Source: Hydromonas sp. (GTDB taxonomy: Bacteria; Pseudomonadota; Gammaproteobacteria; Burkholderiales; Burkholderiaceae). From it: a stretch of DNA of 49,951 nt. The position numbers were made by a program, and so were the translations under genes. Shown here piece by piece: positions 1 through 8,150 of this stretch (position 1 is its first letter; each line of letters begins with the position of its first letter). The stretch spans positions 1-49,951 of the forward strand of contig JAGNWC010000001.1 of the NCBI GenBank assembly GCA_017986195.1. Reading direction: 5' to 3'. Under the pieces are notes generated by a model that was not told where the DNA came from, made no database searches, and saw nothing but the letters and a program-made list of their open reading frames with translations.

Positions 1-118
1 GCTCGCAATGACGATGTTCATATCAATCAAGGACGGGCTGATTGTACACCATCCACACATCCGACATGGCTGCTCGCGCAGTGCTACAATACGCCATTCA
101 AAAATCCAAGTAGCTACC

Positions 119-1039
119 ATGAACCCATCCAAGCAACCCAACTACCCCACCATCGATCAATTCATCGGCAACACACCTTTGGTACGCATTCAGCGCATGG
201 ATGCAAACCTACTCACCGAGCGCAACAATGTTTTACTCGCCAAATTAGAGGGCAATAATCCTGCAGGTTCGGTCAAAGACCGCCCTGCTTTGTCGATGAT
301 TTTACAAGCCGAGGCGCGGGGTGACATCCAACCCGGTGACACTTTGATTGAGGCGACCAGTGGCAACACGGGCATTGCACTGGCGATGGTCGCCGCCATG
401 CGGGGCTATAAAATGATTTTGATTATGCCCGACAATCTGTCGGTCGAGCGACGTGTGTCGATGACAGTGTACGGTGCACAACTCATCCTTACCGAAACCG
501 CAAAGGGGCATGGCATGGAGTATGCGCGCGATTTGGCTTTTCAAATGCAAGCCGAAGGCAAGGGCAAGGTGCTCAATCAATTTGGCAATACCGACAATCC
601 GCTGGCACACATCCGCACCACGGGACCTGAAATTTGGCGCGACACACATGGACAGGTGACGCATTTCGTCAGCGCCATGGGCACAACGGGAACCATCACG
701 GGTACGTCCAGCTACCTCAAATCACAAAATCCGAACATTCAAGTCATCGGCGTGCAACCGTCCGAAGGCTCGTCGATTGCGGGCATTCGCAAATGGCCGA
801 TTGAATATTTACCAACCATTTTTAAACCCGAATTGGTGGATAGAGAAATCATGGTCACGCAAGCCGATGCCGAAGAATACGCACGCCAACTCGCACGTCA
901 AGAAGGCATTTTTGCAGGAATTTCATCGGGTGGTGCATTGTGGGCGGCTCTTCAATTGGCGCGCGAGGTGCGCGATGCAACCATCGTTTTTATTGTCTGT
1001 GACCGTGGCGATCGTTATTTGTCGCAAGGGGTTTTTTAA
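119..1039 (+). CDS. cysM: Cysteine synthase B (O-acetylserine sulfhydrylase B), PLP-dependent
   Basis: ORF 8..1039 carries CysM-type motifs along its whole length (GNTPLV, LEGNNPAGSVKDRPALSMI, SGNTGIALAM, GTTGTITG, CDRGDRYLS). I moved the start to ATG 119 (MNPSKQ...) because the 37 upstream codons have no CysM counterpart. Confidence 0.85.
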   Translation: MNPSKQPNYPTIDQFIGNTPLVRIQRMDANLLTERNNVLLAKLEGNNPAGSVKDRPALSMILQAEARGDIQPGDTLIEATSGNTGIALAMVAAMRGYKMILIMPDNLSVERRVSMTVYGAQLILTETAKGHGMEYARDLAFQMQAEGKGKVLNQFGNTDNPLAHIRTTGPEIWRDTHGQVTHFVSAMGTTGTITGTSSYLKSQNPNIQVIGVQPSEGSSIAGIRKWPIEYLPTIFKPELVDREIMVTQADAEEYARQLARQEGIFAGISSGGALWAALQLAREVRDATIVFIVCDRGDRYLSQGVF

Positions 1040-1254
1040 GCATTGAGCCAATAAGACCCATACCACACCCAAAGCATCTGTTGACACACTTTTAATTTAG
1101 AAAACCGCAAAAATCGAAAACCTGAGTACCACCGCCAACATTTGGGGCTACAATGGTCATGTCAACCAAATATTGACGCAAAGCCTTAAGCACCACACAA
1201 AAACAGAAGCACGTTGGACTTTATTTTTCTGTTATTTTTAAAAAGGATTCAATC

Positions 1255-1917
1255 ATGAAAAAAACCCTCTTAATTTCGACACTCGTCGGTGTATTGGCAC
1301 TCCAAGGTTGTGCGACAGGCACAATGACTCAACCCCAAGGCGCAGGTAAATCAACTGCCATTGGCGCAGTGATTGGCGCGGCGGCTGGCGCGATTATCGG
1401 TAGCACCACGGGCAGCGATCACGTTGGGCGCGATGCTGCTATTGGGGCAGCCGTCGGTGGGCTCGGTGGTTATGTGTGGAACAACCAAATGGCCAAACAA
1501 CAAGCGGCTTTGGAACAAGCCACCGCAGGCACAGGCATTGACGTTCAACGCACAGCGGACAACCGCATTAAAATGGACATCCCAGCAGACGCGGGCTTTG
1601 CCACCAATCAAGCGACCATTCAGCCCCGCCTGCAATCGGTATTGAACACCGTTGCCAGCACATTGAATGCCAATAACACCACTGTGGTGTATGTGGTCGG
1701 TCACACCGACAATACAGGCTCTGATGCCATCAACTACCCACTGTCACAACGTCGTGCCGAATCAACGCGCAACTACTTGGTGAATAGAGGGGTTGCCAGC
1801 AGTCGCTTTACCACCGAAGGCAAAGGCTCAACCCAACCGATTGCCACCAATGCTACGGTGGCAGGTCGTGCTGAAAATCGCCGTGTTGAGGTGTTTGTGG
1901 GTCAACCTGCCTCTTGA
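1255..1917 (+). CDS. OmpA-family lipoprotein with glycine-zipper region
   Basis: Lipobox signal peptide (LALQGC). Gly-zipper stretch (AIGAVIGAAAGAIIG...GAAVGGLGG). C-terminal OmpA/peptidoglycan-binding domain (GHTDNTGS..NYPLSQRRAESTRNYL..NRRVEV). AAGGA RBS upstream. Confidence 0.8.
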   Translation: MKKTLLISTLVGVLALQGCATGTMTQPQGAGKSTAIGAVIGAAAGAIIGSTTGSDHVGRDAAIGAAVGGLGGYVWNNQMAKQQAALEQATAGTGIDVQRTADNRIKMDIPADAGFATNQATIQPRLQSVLNTVASTLNANNTTVVYVVGHTDNTGSDAINYPLSQRRAESTRNYLVNRGVASSRFTTEGKGSTQPIATNATVAGRAENRRVEVFVGQPAS

Positions 1918-1943
1918 TTATAGACACACGCATCACGAACAAA

Positions 1944-1968
1944 AGCCCCTCACATTAGGGGCTTTTTT
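1944..1968 (+). terminator. Rho-independent terminator after the OmpA-family lipoprotein gene
   Basis: 7-bp stem agcccct/aggggct with a 6-nt loop, followed by a T6 run. Confidence 0.7.
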
Positions 1969-2198
1969 GTATCTTGTGCTTGGCGTGTAGCGACGTAGGA
2001 ACGATTGATGACAGCGTCATGCTCGATGGTGCGCGCTGACAAACGGCCCATTAAAAACCTTAGCCATTGCGAGCGAGGTTTTACCCGCGAAGCAATCCAC
2101 ATACATTTATCTAACTCATGGCTTTTTCAGAATCGGGCGATTACGTTGAAAAATACCAATCGCCGCTACACGCTCGTGGTCGATTTACCTTAAAAACA

Positions 2199-2525
2199 TT
2201 AAAACGGCAATTTCATGCCCGCAGGTAGATTCATGCCTGATGTGAGTTTGCCCATATGCGCTGCGCTGGCTTCTTCGGCACGGCGCACCGCATCATTGAC
2301 TGCAGCCGCGACCAAATCCTCTATCATGTCCTTGTCGTCTTCCATCAGTGACGGATCGATTTGCACGCGTTTCACGCCAAATTTGCAGTTCATGGTCACT
2401 TTGACCAAGCCCGCGCCCGACTGCCCTTCAACCTCGATATTGACCAGTTCGTCTTGGGCTTTTTTCATGTCTTCTTGCATTTTTTGCGCTTGCTTCATTA
2501 AGCCCGCTAATTGGTTTTTCATCAT
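2199..2525 (-). CDS. ybaB: Nucleoid-associated protein YbaB/EbfC
   Basis: 108 aa with the typical YbaB sequence ([27 protein letters not shown]...[30 protein letters not shown]). Lies directly downstream of dnaX, as in most bacteria. Confidence 0.9.
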   Translation of the reverse strand: MMKNQLAGLMKQAQKMQEDMKKAQDELVNIEVEGQSGAGLVKVTMNCKFGVKRVQIDPSLMEDDKDMIEDLVAAAVNDAVRRAEEASAAHMGKLTSGMNLPAGMKLPF

Positions 2526-2558
2526 AATCAGTTCCTTTTAATTCATGCTCTTAAAAAA

Positions 2559-3131
2559 TTATTCGGGTTGTATCGAATTGGGCAAAATCATACCATCAAA
2601 CTCGCGCACAATGGCGGCAATGGTGGGGTGTTGTTGCACTGCTTGCTTGGCACTGGCGAGCGAATCGTCGCGTTGCTTGGCACTGGTTTTTTGCGGACTG
2701 TTGCGCACTTGTCCCAATTCGGCAATCTCGACTTTGAGCGTTGGCATCGGCTGTCCCAGCTCGGTAAAATAGGTTTTTAATGCCGAACGCAGACCGCTTA
2801 AAGCATTGTCATCGGTTGCTAAACTGAGTTTCTCACAACGCAACACCATGGCTGTCTCTGTCAACAACACCAATTCGCTTTGACGCGCCAGTTGTCCCGC
2901 AAATGCTTTCAAACCCATGTGCACCACCATATCGGCCCATGTTTGCGCAAGCGCAGCGGCATCACTCGCATCCTCAGACCCTGATGACGTGAGGGATGCT
3001 GTTGGCAGTTCGGATGCTGCGCGTTGTGAGGGTGTGTGTGGCGCAACTTCTGCGGGCTTTATCGACACAGGCATCATCGGTGACGCAAATGTGTGCTGTG
3101 TGGATACAGGCTTGGAAGTTGCGCTGATTAC
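2559..3131 (-). CDS. dnaX: DNA polymerase III tau-specific C-terminal part, in the -1 frame relative to the dnaX N-terminal ORF
   Basis: The frame of ORF 2559..3077 stays open upstream to nt 3131, reading VISATSKPVSTQHTFASP before MMPVS. The sequence resembles the tau C-terminal domain (W.DMV..MGLKAFAGQLARQSELV....AMVLRCEKL......L..L...F.ELG....L.VEI). It has no RBS or plausible independent start. It is joined to 3128..4240 only by a -1 shift at 3131..3137. Confidence 0.7.
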   Translation of the reverse strand, partial: VISATSKPVSTQHTFASPMMPVSIKPAEVAPHTPSQRAASELPTASLTSSGSEDASDAAALAQTWADMVVHMGLKAFAGQLARQSELVLLTETAMVLRCEKLSLATDDNALSGLRSALKTYFTELGQPMPTLKVEIAELGQVRNSPQKTSAKQRDDSLASAKQAVQQHPTIAAIVREFDGMILPNSIQPE

Positions 3132-3151
3132 TTTTTTGCGCTGTCTGCCTT
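3041..3151 (-). promoter_or_regulatory. dnaX: Candidate programmed -1 ribosomal frameshift cassette in dnaX (SD-like element, slippery heptamer, adjacent stop, stem-loop)
   Basis: Read on the minus strand: UAAGG (3152..3148), a 10-nt spacer, A-AAA-AAG (3137..3131), UAA stop (3130..3128), a 6-nt gap from heptamer to stem, then GCGCAACUUC (3124..3115). That stem arm pairs perfectly with GAAGUUGCGC (3050..3041). The 64-nt interior contains a further ACACAG/CUGUGU helix. The spacings equal those of the E. coli dnaX frameshift signal. Confidence 0.6.
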
Positions 3152-4240
3152 AAAGTGTTCGGGGGCAAAAGCCAACAGCCGCAACAGCATCATGGTAAAG
3201 CCTGCCTGCGCATCGGGTGCCAAATGCAGTTGCTCACGCGCTTGGGTGACGATGCTGTAGTACAACTGCACCTCGTCCGCGCCCATTTCAGGTGCGAGTT
3301 CGCGCACGATTTTTGCCAAGGTAAAGTCATCGGGCACGGCATCGGGCACAATTTGCGCCAAACTGATGCGGTACAGCACCTGCGCCAATTCAATCGTTGC
3401 GTCTAAAAACGAGGTCGATTGGCTCGCCATTTGCTCGGCAATATTCACCAGAGCCTTGCCATCGCGCGCAATCAAGGCACGCAATATCGCTTCGATTTGC
3501 GCACTGTCGGTCGCGCCGAGCATATCTTTGACCGCACTGGTGCTGACGTTGGATGCCGAGAACGCAATCGCCTGATCGGTCAGTGACAGCGCGTCGCGCA
3601 TACTGCCGCGCGCGCCTTTGGCAATCAAATGCAGAGCTTCTTCTTCAAAATCAACCTGTTCTGCCGTAAGGATTTTTGACAAATGTGTGACGATGTCTGC
3701 GGGCGGCATTTGCTTTAAATTAAATTGCAAGCAGCGCGAGAGCACCGTGGGCAAGACTTTTTGTGGGTCGGTCGTTGCGAGGATGAACAGCACATGTGCG
3801 GGTGGCTCTTCAAGCGTTTTGAGCAGCGCATTAAACGCATTTTGCGAGAGCATGTGCACCTCGTCAATCAGATACACTTTGTAACGCCCCGCAGTCGGCA
3901 TGTATTCGGCATTCTCAATCAGTTGGCGCATGTCGCCCACGCCCGTATTGCTGGCCGCATCGATTTCGAGCAAGTCGACAAACCGCCCAGCGTCGATTTC
4001 TTGACAGGTGGCACAGACACCACAAGGCGTTGCTGAAATGCCCTGCTCACAGTTTAAAGACTTTGCCAAAATCCGCGCAATCGTGGTTTTACCCACGCCA
4101 CGCGTGCCTGTAAACAGATACGCATGATGCAGACGTTGTTCGGTCAGCGCATGGCTCAGAGCTTTGACCACGTGGTCTTGACCGACCAGTTCGGTAAAGT
4201 TTTTGGGTCGCCATTTACGCGCAAGGACTTGTGAACTCAT
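3128..4240 (-). CDS. dnaX: DNA polymerase III subunit gamma-like product (zero-frame product of dnaX, domains I-III)
   Basis: 370 aa with the clamp-loader AAA+ Walker A (GTRGVGKTT), the Zn module (CEQGISATPCGVCATCQEI), DEVHML and SRC motifs. Ends ...LLAFAPEHFKADSAKK-TAA, with the stop immediately after the A-AAA-AAG heptamer. Confidence 0.9.
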   Translation of the reverse strand: MSSQVLARKWRPKNFTELVGQDHVVKALSHALTEQRLHHAYLFTGTRGVGKTTIARILAKSLNCEQGISATPCGVCATCQEIDAGRFVDLLEIDAASNTGVGDMRQLIENAEYMPTAGRYKVYLIDEVHMLSQNAFNALLKTLEEPPAHVLFILATTDPQKVLPTVLSRCLQFNLKQMPPADIVTHLSKILTAEQVDFEEEALHLIAKGARGSMRDALSLTDQAIAFSASNVSTSAVKDMLGATDSAQIEAILRALIARDGKALVNIAEQMASQSTSFLDATIELAQVLYRISLAQIVPDAVPDDFTLAKIVRELAPEMGADEVQLYYSIVTQAREQLHLAPDAQAGFTMMLLRLLAFAPEHFKADSAKK

Positions 4241-4267
4241 GGTGTTCTTTCAAACAAACTTACTATA

Positions 4268-4300
4268 GAAAATGGGCGATGGACATCATCCATCGCCCAT
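4268..4300 (-). terminator. Hairpin terminator between ffs and dnaX
   Basis: 12-bp perfect stem atgggcgatgga/tccatcgcccat with a 5-nt loop, followed on the minus strand by UUUCU. The A-run on the other side makes it potentially bidirectional. Confidence 0.6.
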
Positions 4301-4311
4301 TTGGGAATTTA

Positions 4312-4408
4312 GAGGCGAGCCTGACTTCGGCACTTGAGTAAAATAGCTGTGGCTGCTTGCTTCCGCACCTGACCCGATTCACCATCGCCCAATGCGAAGG
4401 GACCCGCC
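4312..4408 (-). ncRNA. ffs: Signal recognition particle RNA (4.5S, small bacterial SRP RNA)
   Basis: The minus strand reads GGGUCAGGUGCGGAAGCAAGCAGCC, matching the conserved SRP domain IV core (E. coli CCAGGUCAGGUCCGGAAGGAAGCAGCC with a GGAA tetraloop). The 5' GGCGGG.. and 3' ..CUCGCC ends can pair. ffs upstream of dnaX is a common arrangement. Ends are approximate (+/-5 nt). Confidence 0.8.
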
Positions 4409-4415
4409 AGTGCGA

Positions 4416-4424
4416 ATTATAACA
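4416..4424 (-). promoter_or_regulatory. Extended -10 promoter (TGT-TATAAT) for ffs
   Basis: The minus strand reads TGTTATAAT, ending 7 nt before the predicted first G of the SRP RNA. There is no good -35, consistent with an extended -10 promoter. Confidence 0.5.
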
Positions 4425-4513
4425 CGGCAGAAAAATCCGCACCTCAATAAACTTTGAAAATATGTTCTGTGCTACATTGTTTTTTATCAAAAACCAGCCG
4501 CCCAAACAACCCC

Positions 4514-5164
4514 ATGTATTTCAAAAACACCCCCATCAAATTAATCAACTCGCGCACGCACGGCGCAGGTACCGAACTGTTCATCGTCGAGGGCGATTCT
4601 GCTGCGAGCACGGTGGCGCATTTGCGTGACGGGGTGTTTCAAGCGGTTTTACCCATGCAGGGCAAACCTTTGAACGCCATCAAAGCCAGACCTGAAAAAG
4701 TAGCAAACTATCCTTTGTTTAAAGCGGTGATGGACAGTTTGGGCGCGGGATTTGGTACCGATTTTGACATCGACAAACTGCAATTTGAACGTGTGGTGTT
4801 GCTGTTTGACCCCGATGCCGATGGCATCCACAGCGGCGCGTTGATGTTGCTGTTTTTTTATCAATTCATGCGACCGCTACTCGAAGCAGGCAAAATCGAA
4901 ATGGTGCACGCGCCGTGGATGCAAGTATCCATCAAAGGTGAGTCGCCAATGTACGCGTTCTCAGAACCACAAAGCACCTCGCTCATCAGCCAACTGCGCG
5001 CACAAGACCACGAGCCCATCACTGTGCGCTATCGCGGCTTGGCGGGGATAGACCATGCGATTTTAACCAAAACTTGCATTGAGCCATCCACCCGCAATGC
5101 GCGGGTAATGACCGTGGCGGATGCACTGATGGCGATGGAGGTTTTTGGTGGCAGCGCGGCGTAA
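4514..5164 (+). CDS. Stand-alone Toprim-domain protein resembling the C-terminal half of GyrB/ParE (no GHKL ATPase or transducer domain)
   Basis: ELFIVEGDSAA (catalytic Glu motif), LPMQGKPLNA (PLxGKxLN), LLFDPDADGIHSGALMLLFFYQFM (DxDxD plus the following helix) and the tail RYRGLAGI...M are collinear with GyrB ~415-end. The start is uncertain: ATG 4514 is preferred over 4454, and neither has a clear RBS. Confidence 0.7.
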   Translation: MYFKNTPIKLINSRTHGAGTELFIVEGDSAASTVAHLRDGVFQAVLPMQGKPLNAIKARPEKVANYPLFKAVMDSLGAGFGTDFDIDKLQFERVVLLFDPDADGIHSGALMLLFFYQFMRPLLEAGKIEMVHAPWMQVSIKGESPMYAFSEPQSTSLISQLRAQDHEPITVRYRGLAGIDHAILTKTCIEPSTRNARVMTVADALMAMEVFGGSAA

Positions 5165-5174
5165 GTACGCTGAC

Positions 5175-6629
5175 CTACGTCCCCAATTCAGTGGTGTTTG
5201 GGTTGACGATTTCAGCGCGTTTAAATACCACATGCACGATGAGCCCAGGCTTTAGGTATGAGTTGGTCAGCTCGACATTCTCAGTGATTTTCAATTCCGC
5301 ATCGTGCAGACGTGCAATTTCTTTGACAATCGCCAACCCCAAACCACTGCCGCCTTTGTGCTCGCCCAATACGCTGTAAAATGGCTCAAACACTTGCTCG
5401 CGCTCGTGCATCGGAATCCCTGGGCCGTTGTCAAGCACGTATAAATGCGCCGCGAGGTGGTCTTGGGTCACGCGCACGGTCACATCTGACTCGGTGTAAT
5501 GACAGGCGTTATCGATGAGGTTTTTAATCAACTCGCCGAGCATCACGGGTTGCGCATGGATGGGCACTTCACATTCAGGTGCTTCAAAAGCAATCAGCAA
5601 GCCCGCTTGCATCGCGTGATCGGCCGCGTTAACCAATTGATTGCGTGCCGCTTGTACCAAATCAATGGTTTTCCAATCCGTGCCCTGTGTGCTGATGTGT
5701 TCGGTACGTGCCAAGGCAATCAATTGCGAAACCAGACGCGCCGCGCGGTCGGCTGAACTGCTGATGTGCTCCAAACTTTCGCGCCGTTGCAGCGCGTCTT
5801 TGGTATGCAATGCGAGTTCGGCTTGCGCTTTCAAGCCCGCCAATGGGGTTTTGATTTGATGCGCGGTATCCGCCAAGAAGCGTTTTTGCAAGCCCACATT
5901 GCGCCGCAATCGACTGAGGATATTGTTAAAACTGCGCACTAGGGGTTGCACTTCTTCAGGGGCTTCGTCCAATGATAAGTTGCTCAAATCCTGCTCGTTG
6001 CGTTGCAACACGCTCATTTGCAAACGATTGAGCGACATAATCCCGCGCGTCAAGCCAAACCAAATCAACATCACTGCAATCGGTAAAAACATCAATTGCG
6101 GCAAGGTAACCCCTTGCAAAATTTCACGCGCCAGCGCGCGGCGTTTGTTCAAGGTTTCACCCACTTGCAGCAACAAAATGGTTTCGGGCATCAAATGTTC
6201 CGCAATGGCGATTTTTGAATCGACCTGCAGCCACACATACGCCATGCGGTAGGGTTCACCATCAATTTTGGTGTTGTAAAACTGAATACGATTGAGTTCA
6301 ATCGATTCAAGCATCGGCGGCTGCGGCAGTGTTGCTTGACCGTCAATCGGTGTGCCGTCGGCAGTGATAAGTTGAAACACCTGTTTGTCACGCCCATCAC
6401 TGGCCTTAATTTGCCAAGCTTGATGATGCGGCTCGGTGCTCAAACGCTGCTGTAACAATTGCACTTGGTTGCTCAAGCCCTGATCAAAAGGCGAATCCGC
6501 GATGCTGCGCCCAATCGGGTAGGAAATCAGCATCGACAGCGGCCATAGCACAATCAATGGAAACAACATCCACAACATGATTTGCCCAAACAGTGATTTG
6601 GGACGGGAGGTTTTAAGCGCGTGCCACAT
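5175..6629 (-). CDS. Two-component sensor histidine kinase (QseC/TctE-like architecture)
   Basis: Two TM segments flank a periplasmic domain. H-box FLADTAHQIKTPLAGL, N-box LIKNLIDNACHYT, G-boxes DNGPGIP and GGSGLGLAIV. Confidence 0.85.
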   Translation of the reverse strand: MWHALKTSRPKSLFGQIMLWMLFPLIVLWPLSMLISYPIGRSIADSPFDQGLSNQVQLLQQRLSTEPHHQAWQIKASDGRDKQVFQLITADGTPIDGQATLPQPPMLESIELNRIQFYNTKIDGEPYRMAYVWLQVDSKIAIAEHLMPETILLLQVGETLNKRRALAREILQGVTLPQLMFLPIAVMLIWFGLTRGIMSLNRLQMSVLQRNEQDLSNLSLDEAPEEVQPLVRSFNNILSRLRRNVGLQKRFLADTAHQIKTPLAGLKAQAELALHTKDALQRRESLEHISSSADRAARLVSQLIALARTEHISTQGTDWKTIDLVQAARNQLVNAADHAMQAGLLIAFEAPECEVPIHAQPVMLGELIKNLIDNACHYTESDVTVRVTQDHLAAHLYVLDNGPGIPMHEREQVFEPFYSVLGEHKGGSGLGLAIVKEIARLHDAELKITENVELTNSYLKPGLIVHVVFKRAEIVNPNTTELGT

Positions 6630-6644
6630 AAACTTGTCGCTCGA

Positions 6645-7349
6645 TTATTCATCCGACGCGTCAGTGTTGTCTGCTACGCCATCCTTGGGCTTTTCCAGAC
6701 AATAGCCCAAACCACGAATGGTGGTGATGCTTAAACCCGATGGCTCTAATTTTTTACGCAGACGATGCACATAGACCTCAATCGCATTGTGGCTGACTTC
6801 TTCGCCCCATTCGCACAGATGATCCAAAATCTGCTCTTTGGAGACCAATCGCCCCGTACGGTTGAGTAATATTTCAAGCACACCCAACTCACGCGCAGAC
6901 AAATCAATCAATTGCTCATTGACTTGCGCGCTGCGCGAGACCAAGTCAAAACTCAAATTGCCCAATTGAATGCGACTTTGCCCAAAACCCGCTTGACGGC
7001 GAGTCAGTGCACGCACACGAGCGAGCAACTCATTGAGCGAAAAGGGTTTTGCCATATAGTCATCCGCGCCCAAATCCAAACCCTGCACGCGTTGCTCAAC
7101 CGAATCGGCCGCCGTCAAAATCAATACGGGCGTGTACATATGGCGTGCACGTGCGCGACGCAAGACCTCAAGCCCTGACATTTTTGGCAAACCCAAGTCC
7201 AAAATCAGCAAATCGCATTCTTGGGTCGAGAGTGCTGCGTCGGCTTGTTGTCCATCATTGACCACATCCACCGCATAGCCTGTTTCACGCAATGCACGCG
7301 ACAGTCCATCGGCCAGTACTTCGTCATCTTCTGCCAATAATATGCGCAT
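6645..7349 (-). CDS. OmpR/PhoB-family response regulator
   Basis: Receiver domain (MRILLAEDD...DLLILDLGLP...KPF) plus a winged-helix output domain (LSARELGVLEILL...VEVYVHRLRKKL...IRGLGYCL). Lies 15 nt upstream of the kinase gene, so probably in one operon with it. Confidence 0.9.
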   Translation of the reverse strand: MRILLAEDDEVLADGLSRALRETGYAVDVVNDGQQADAALSTQECDLLILDLGLPKMSGLEVLRRARARHMYTPVLILTAADSVEQRVQGLDLGADDYMAKPFSLNELLARVRALTRRQAGFGQSRIQLGNLSFDLVSRSAQVNEQLIDLSARELGVLEILLNRTGRLVSKEQILDHLCEWGEEVSHNAIEVYVHRLRKKLEPSGLSITTIRGLGYCLEKPKDGVADNTDASDE

Positions 7350-7422
7350 CGCTCATCTCCGTTTGTGTCGTATCTTTGTGTGATGGTTGGATGTTCTCAC
7401 AAAACCAACCAATAGAATCATT

Positions 7423-8133
7423 CTAACTTAACTTTTCATTTAACTGAGCCAATTGTAAGGGCGTACCAACATTTTCCCACACACCATCAAAATAACTGCC
7501 TGTGGCCAAGCCGCGCTCAATGGACGTGCGATAATACGGGCTCATCGCCACTTTTTCACCAACCACAATGTCCTCAAATTGGCGCATGTCGTATAAACCA
7601 ATATTGCCAAAGGTCAAAGCACGTCCATGGGTGTCGTCTCGCGGATAAAGAACACCATCCTCATGCAAAACAAAATCACCTTGTGGATGAAACTCTGGAT
7701 TGTCTACCATAATCAAATGCATGTGCGGTTCAGACGCTCGCGCCAATTCATCGGCAACCGAGTGCAGTTGCTCATAATCGTAATCGGTGTACACATCGCC
7801 ACTGACGGCTAAAAATATCGGGCTATCACTGAGCAATTGCAACATTCTCAAGGCGTTGGCAATGCCCCCTGCTGTTTCCAAAGCGGTCTGTTCTGCCGAA
7901 TAATACAACTGCACGCCAAACTCATCGCCGTCTCCGAGATGCTCAGAAATTTGCTCACCCAGCCACGCGTGGTTAATCACAATTTGACGAATACCCGCAC
8001 GCGCAAGTGCTTCGATTTGCCAGACAATCAGTGGTTTACCCGCCACTTTGAGCAAAGGTTTGGGGGTCACATCGGTCAACGGTCGCATCCGCTCACCACG
8101 CCCTGCGGCAAAAATCATGGCCACTTGTATCAT
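7423..8133 (-). CDS. murU: N-acetylmuramate alpha-1-phosphate uridylyltransferase (nucleotidyltransferase family)
   Basis: N-terminal AAGRGERMRPLTD..PKPLL nucleotidyltransferase motif. Size and position downstream of the amgK-like kinase and divergent from lptD match the Pseudomonas amgK-murU-lptD arrangement. Confidence 0.7.
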   Translation of the reverse strand: MIQVAMIFAAGRGERMRPLTDVTPKPLLKVAGKPLIVWQIEALARAGIRQIVINHAWLGEQISEHLGDGDEFGVQLYYSAEQTALETAGGIANALRMLQLLSDSPIFLAVSGDVYTDYDYEQLHSVADELARASEPHMHLIMVDNPEFHPQGDFVLHEDGVLYPRDDTHGRALTFGNIGLYDMRQFEDIVVGEKVAMSPYYRTSIERGLATGSYFDGVWENVGTPLQLAQLNEKLS

Positions 8134-8150
8134 TTAATTTTCCTTTGCGC

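Noticed and set aside
8-118. N-terminal 37-codon extension of the cysM ORF
   Set aside because: It has no counterpart in CysM proteins. Homology begins at the ATG at 119.
2005-2193. 62-aa ORF in the ybaB-downstream spacer
   Set aside because: It starts with TTG, has no RBS and no recognisable motif, and its composition is atypical (Cys/Arg/Asn-rich). It is probably a chance ORF in non-coding DNA.
2559-4240. dnaX as a frameshifted pseudogene or two independent genes
   Set aside because: The break falls exactly on a canonical A-AAA-AAG heptamer with an SD-like element 10 nt upstream and a 10-bp stem 6 nt downstream. The downstream frame is open from the slip site and encodes a tau-like C-terminus with no RBS or start of its own. 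Programmed frameshifting, or a homopolymer sequencing error, explains this better than gene decay.
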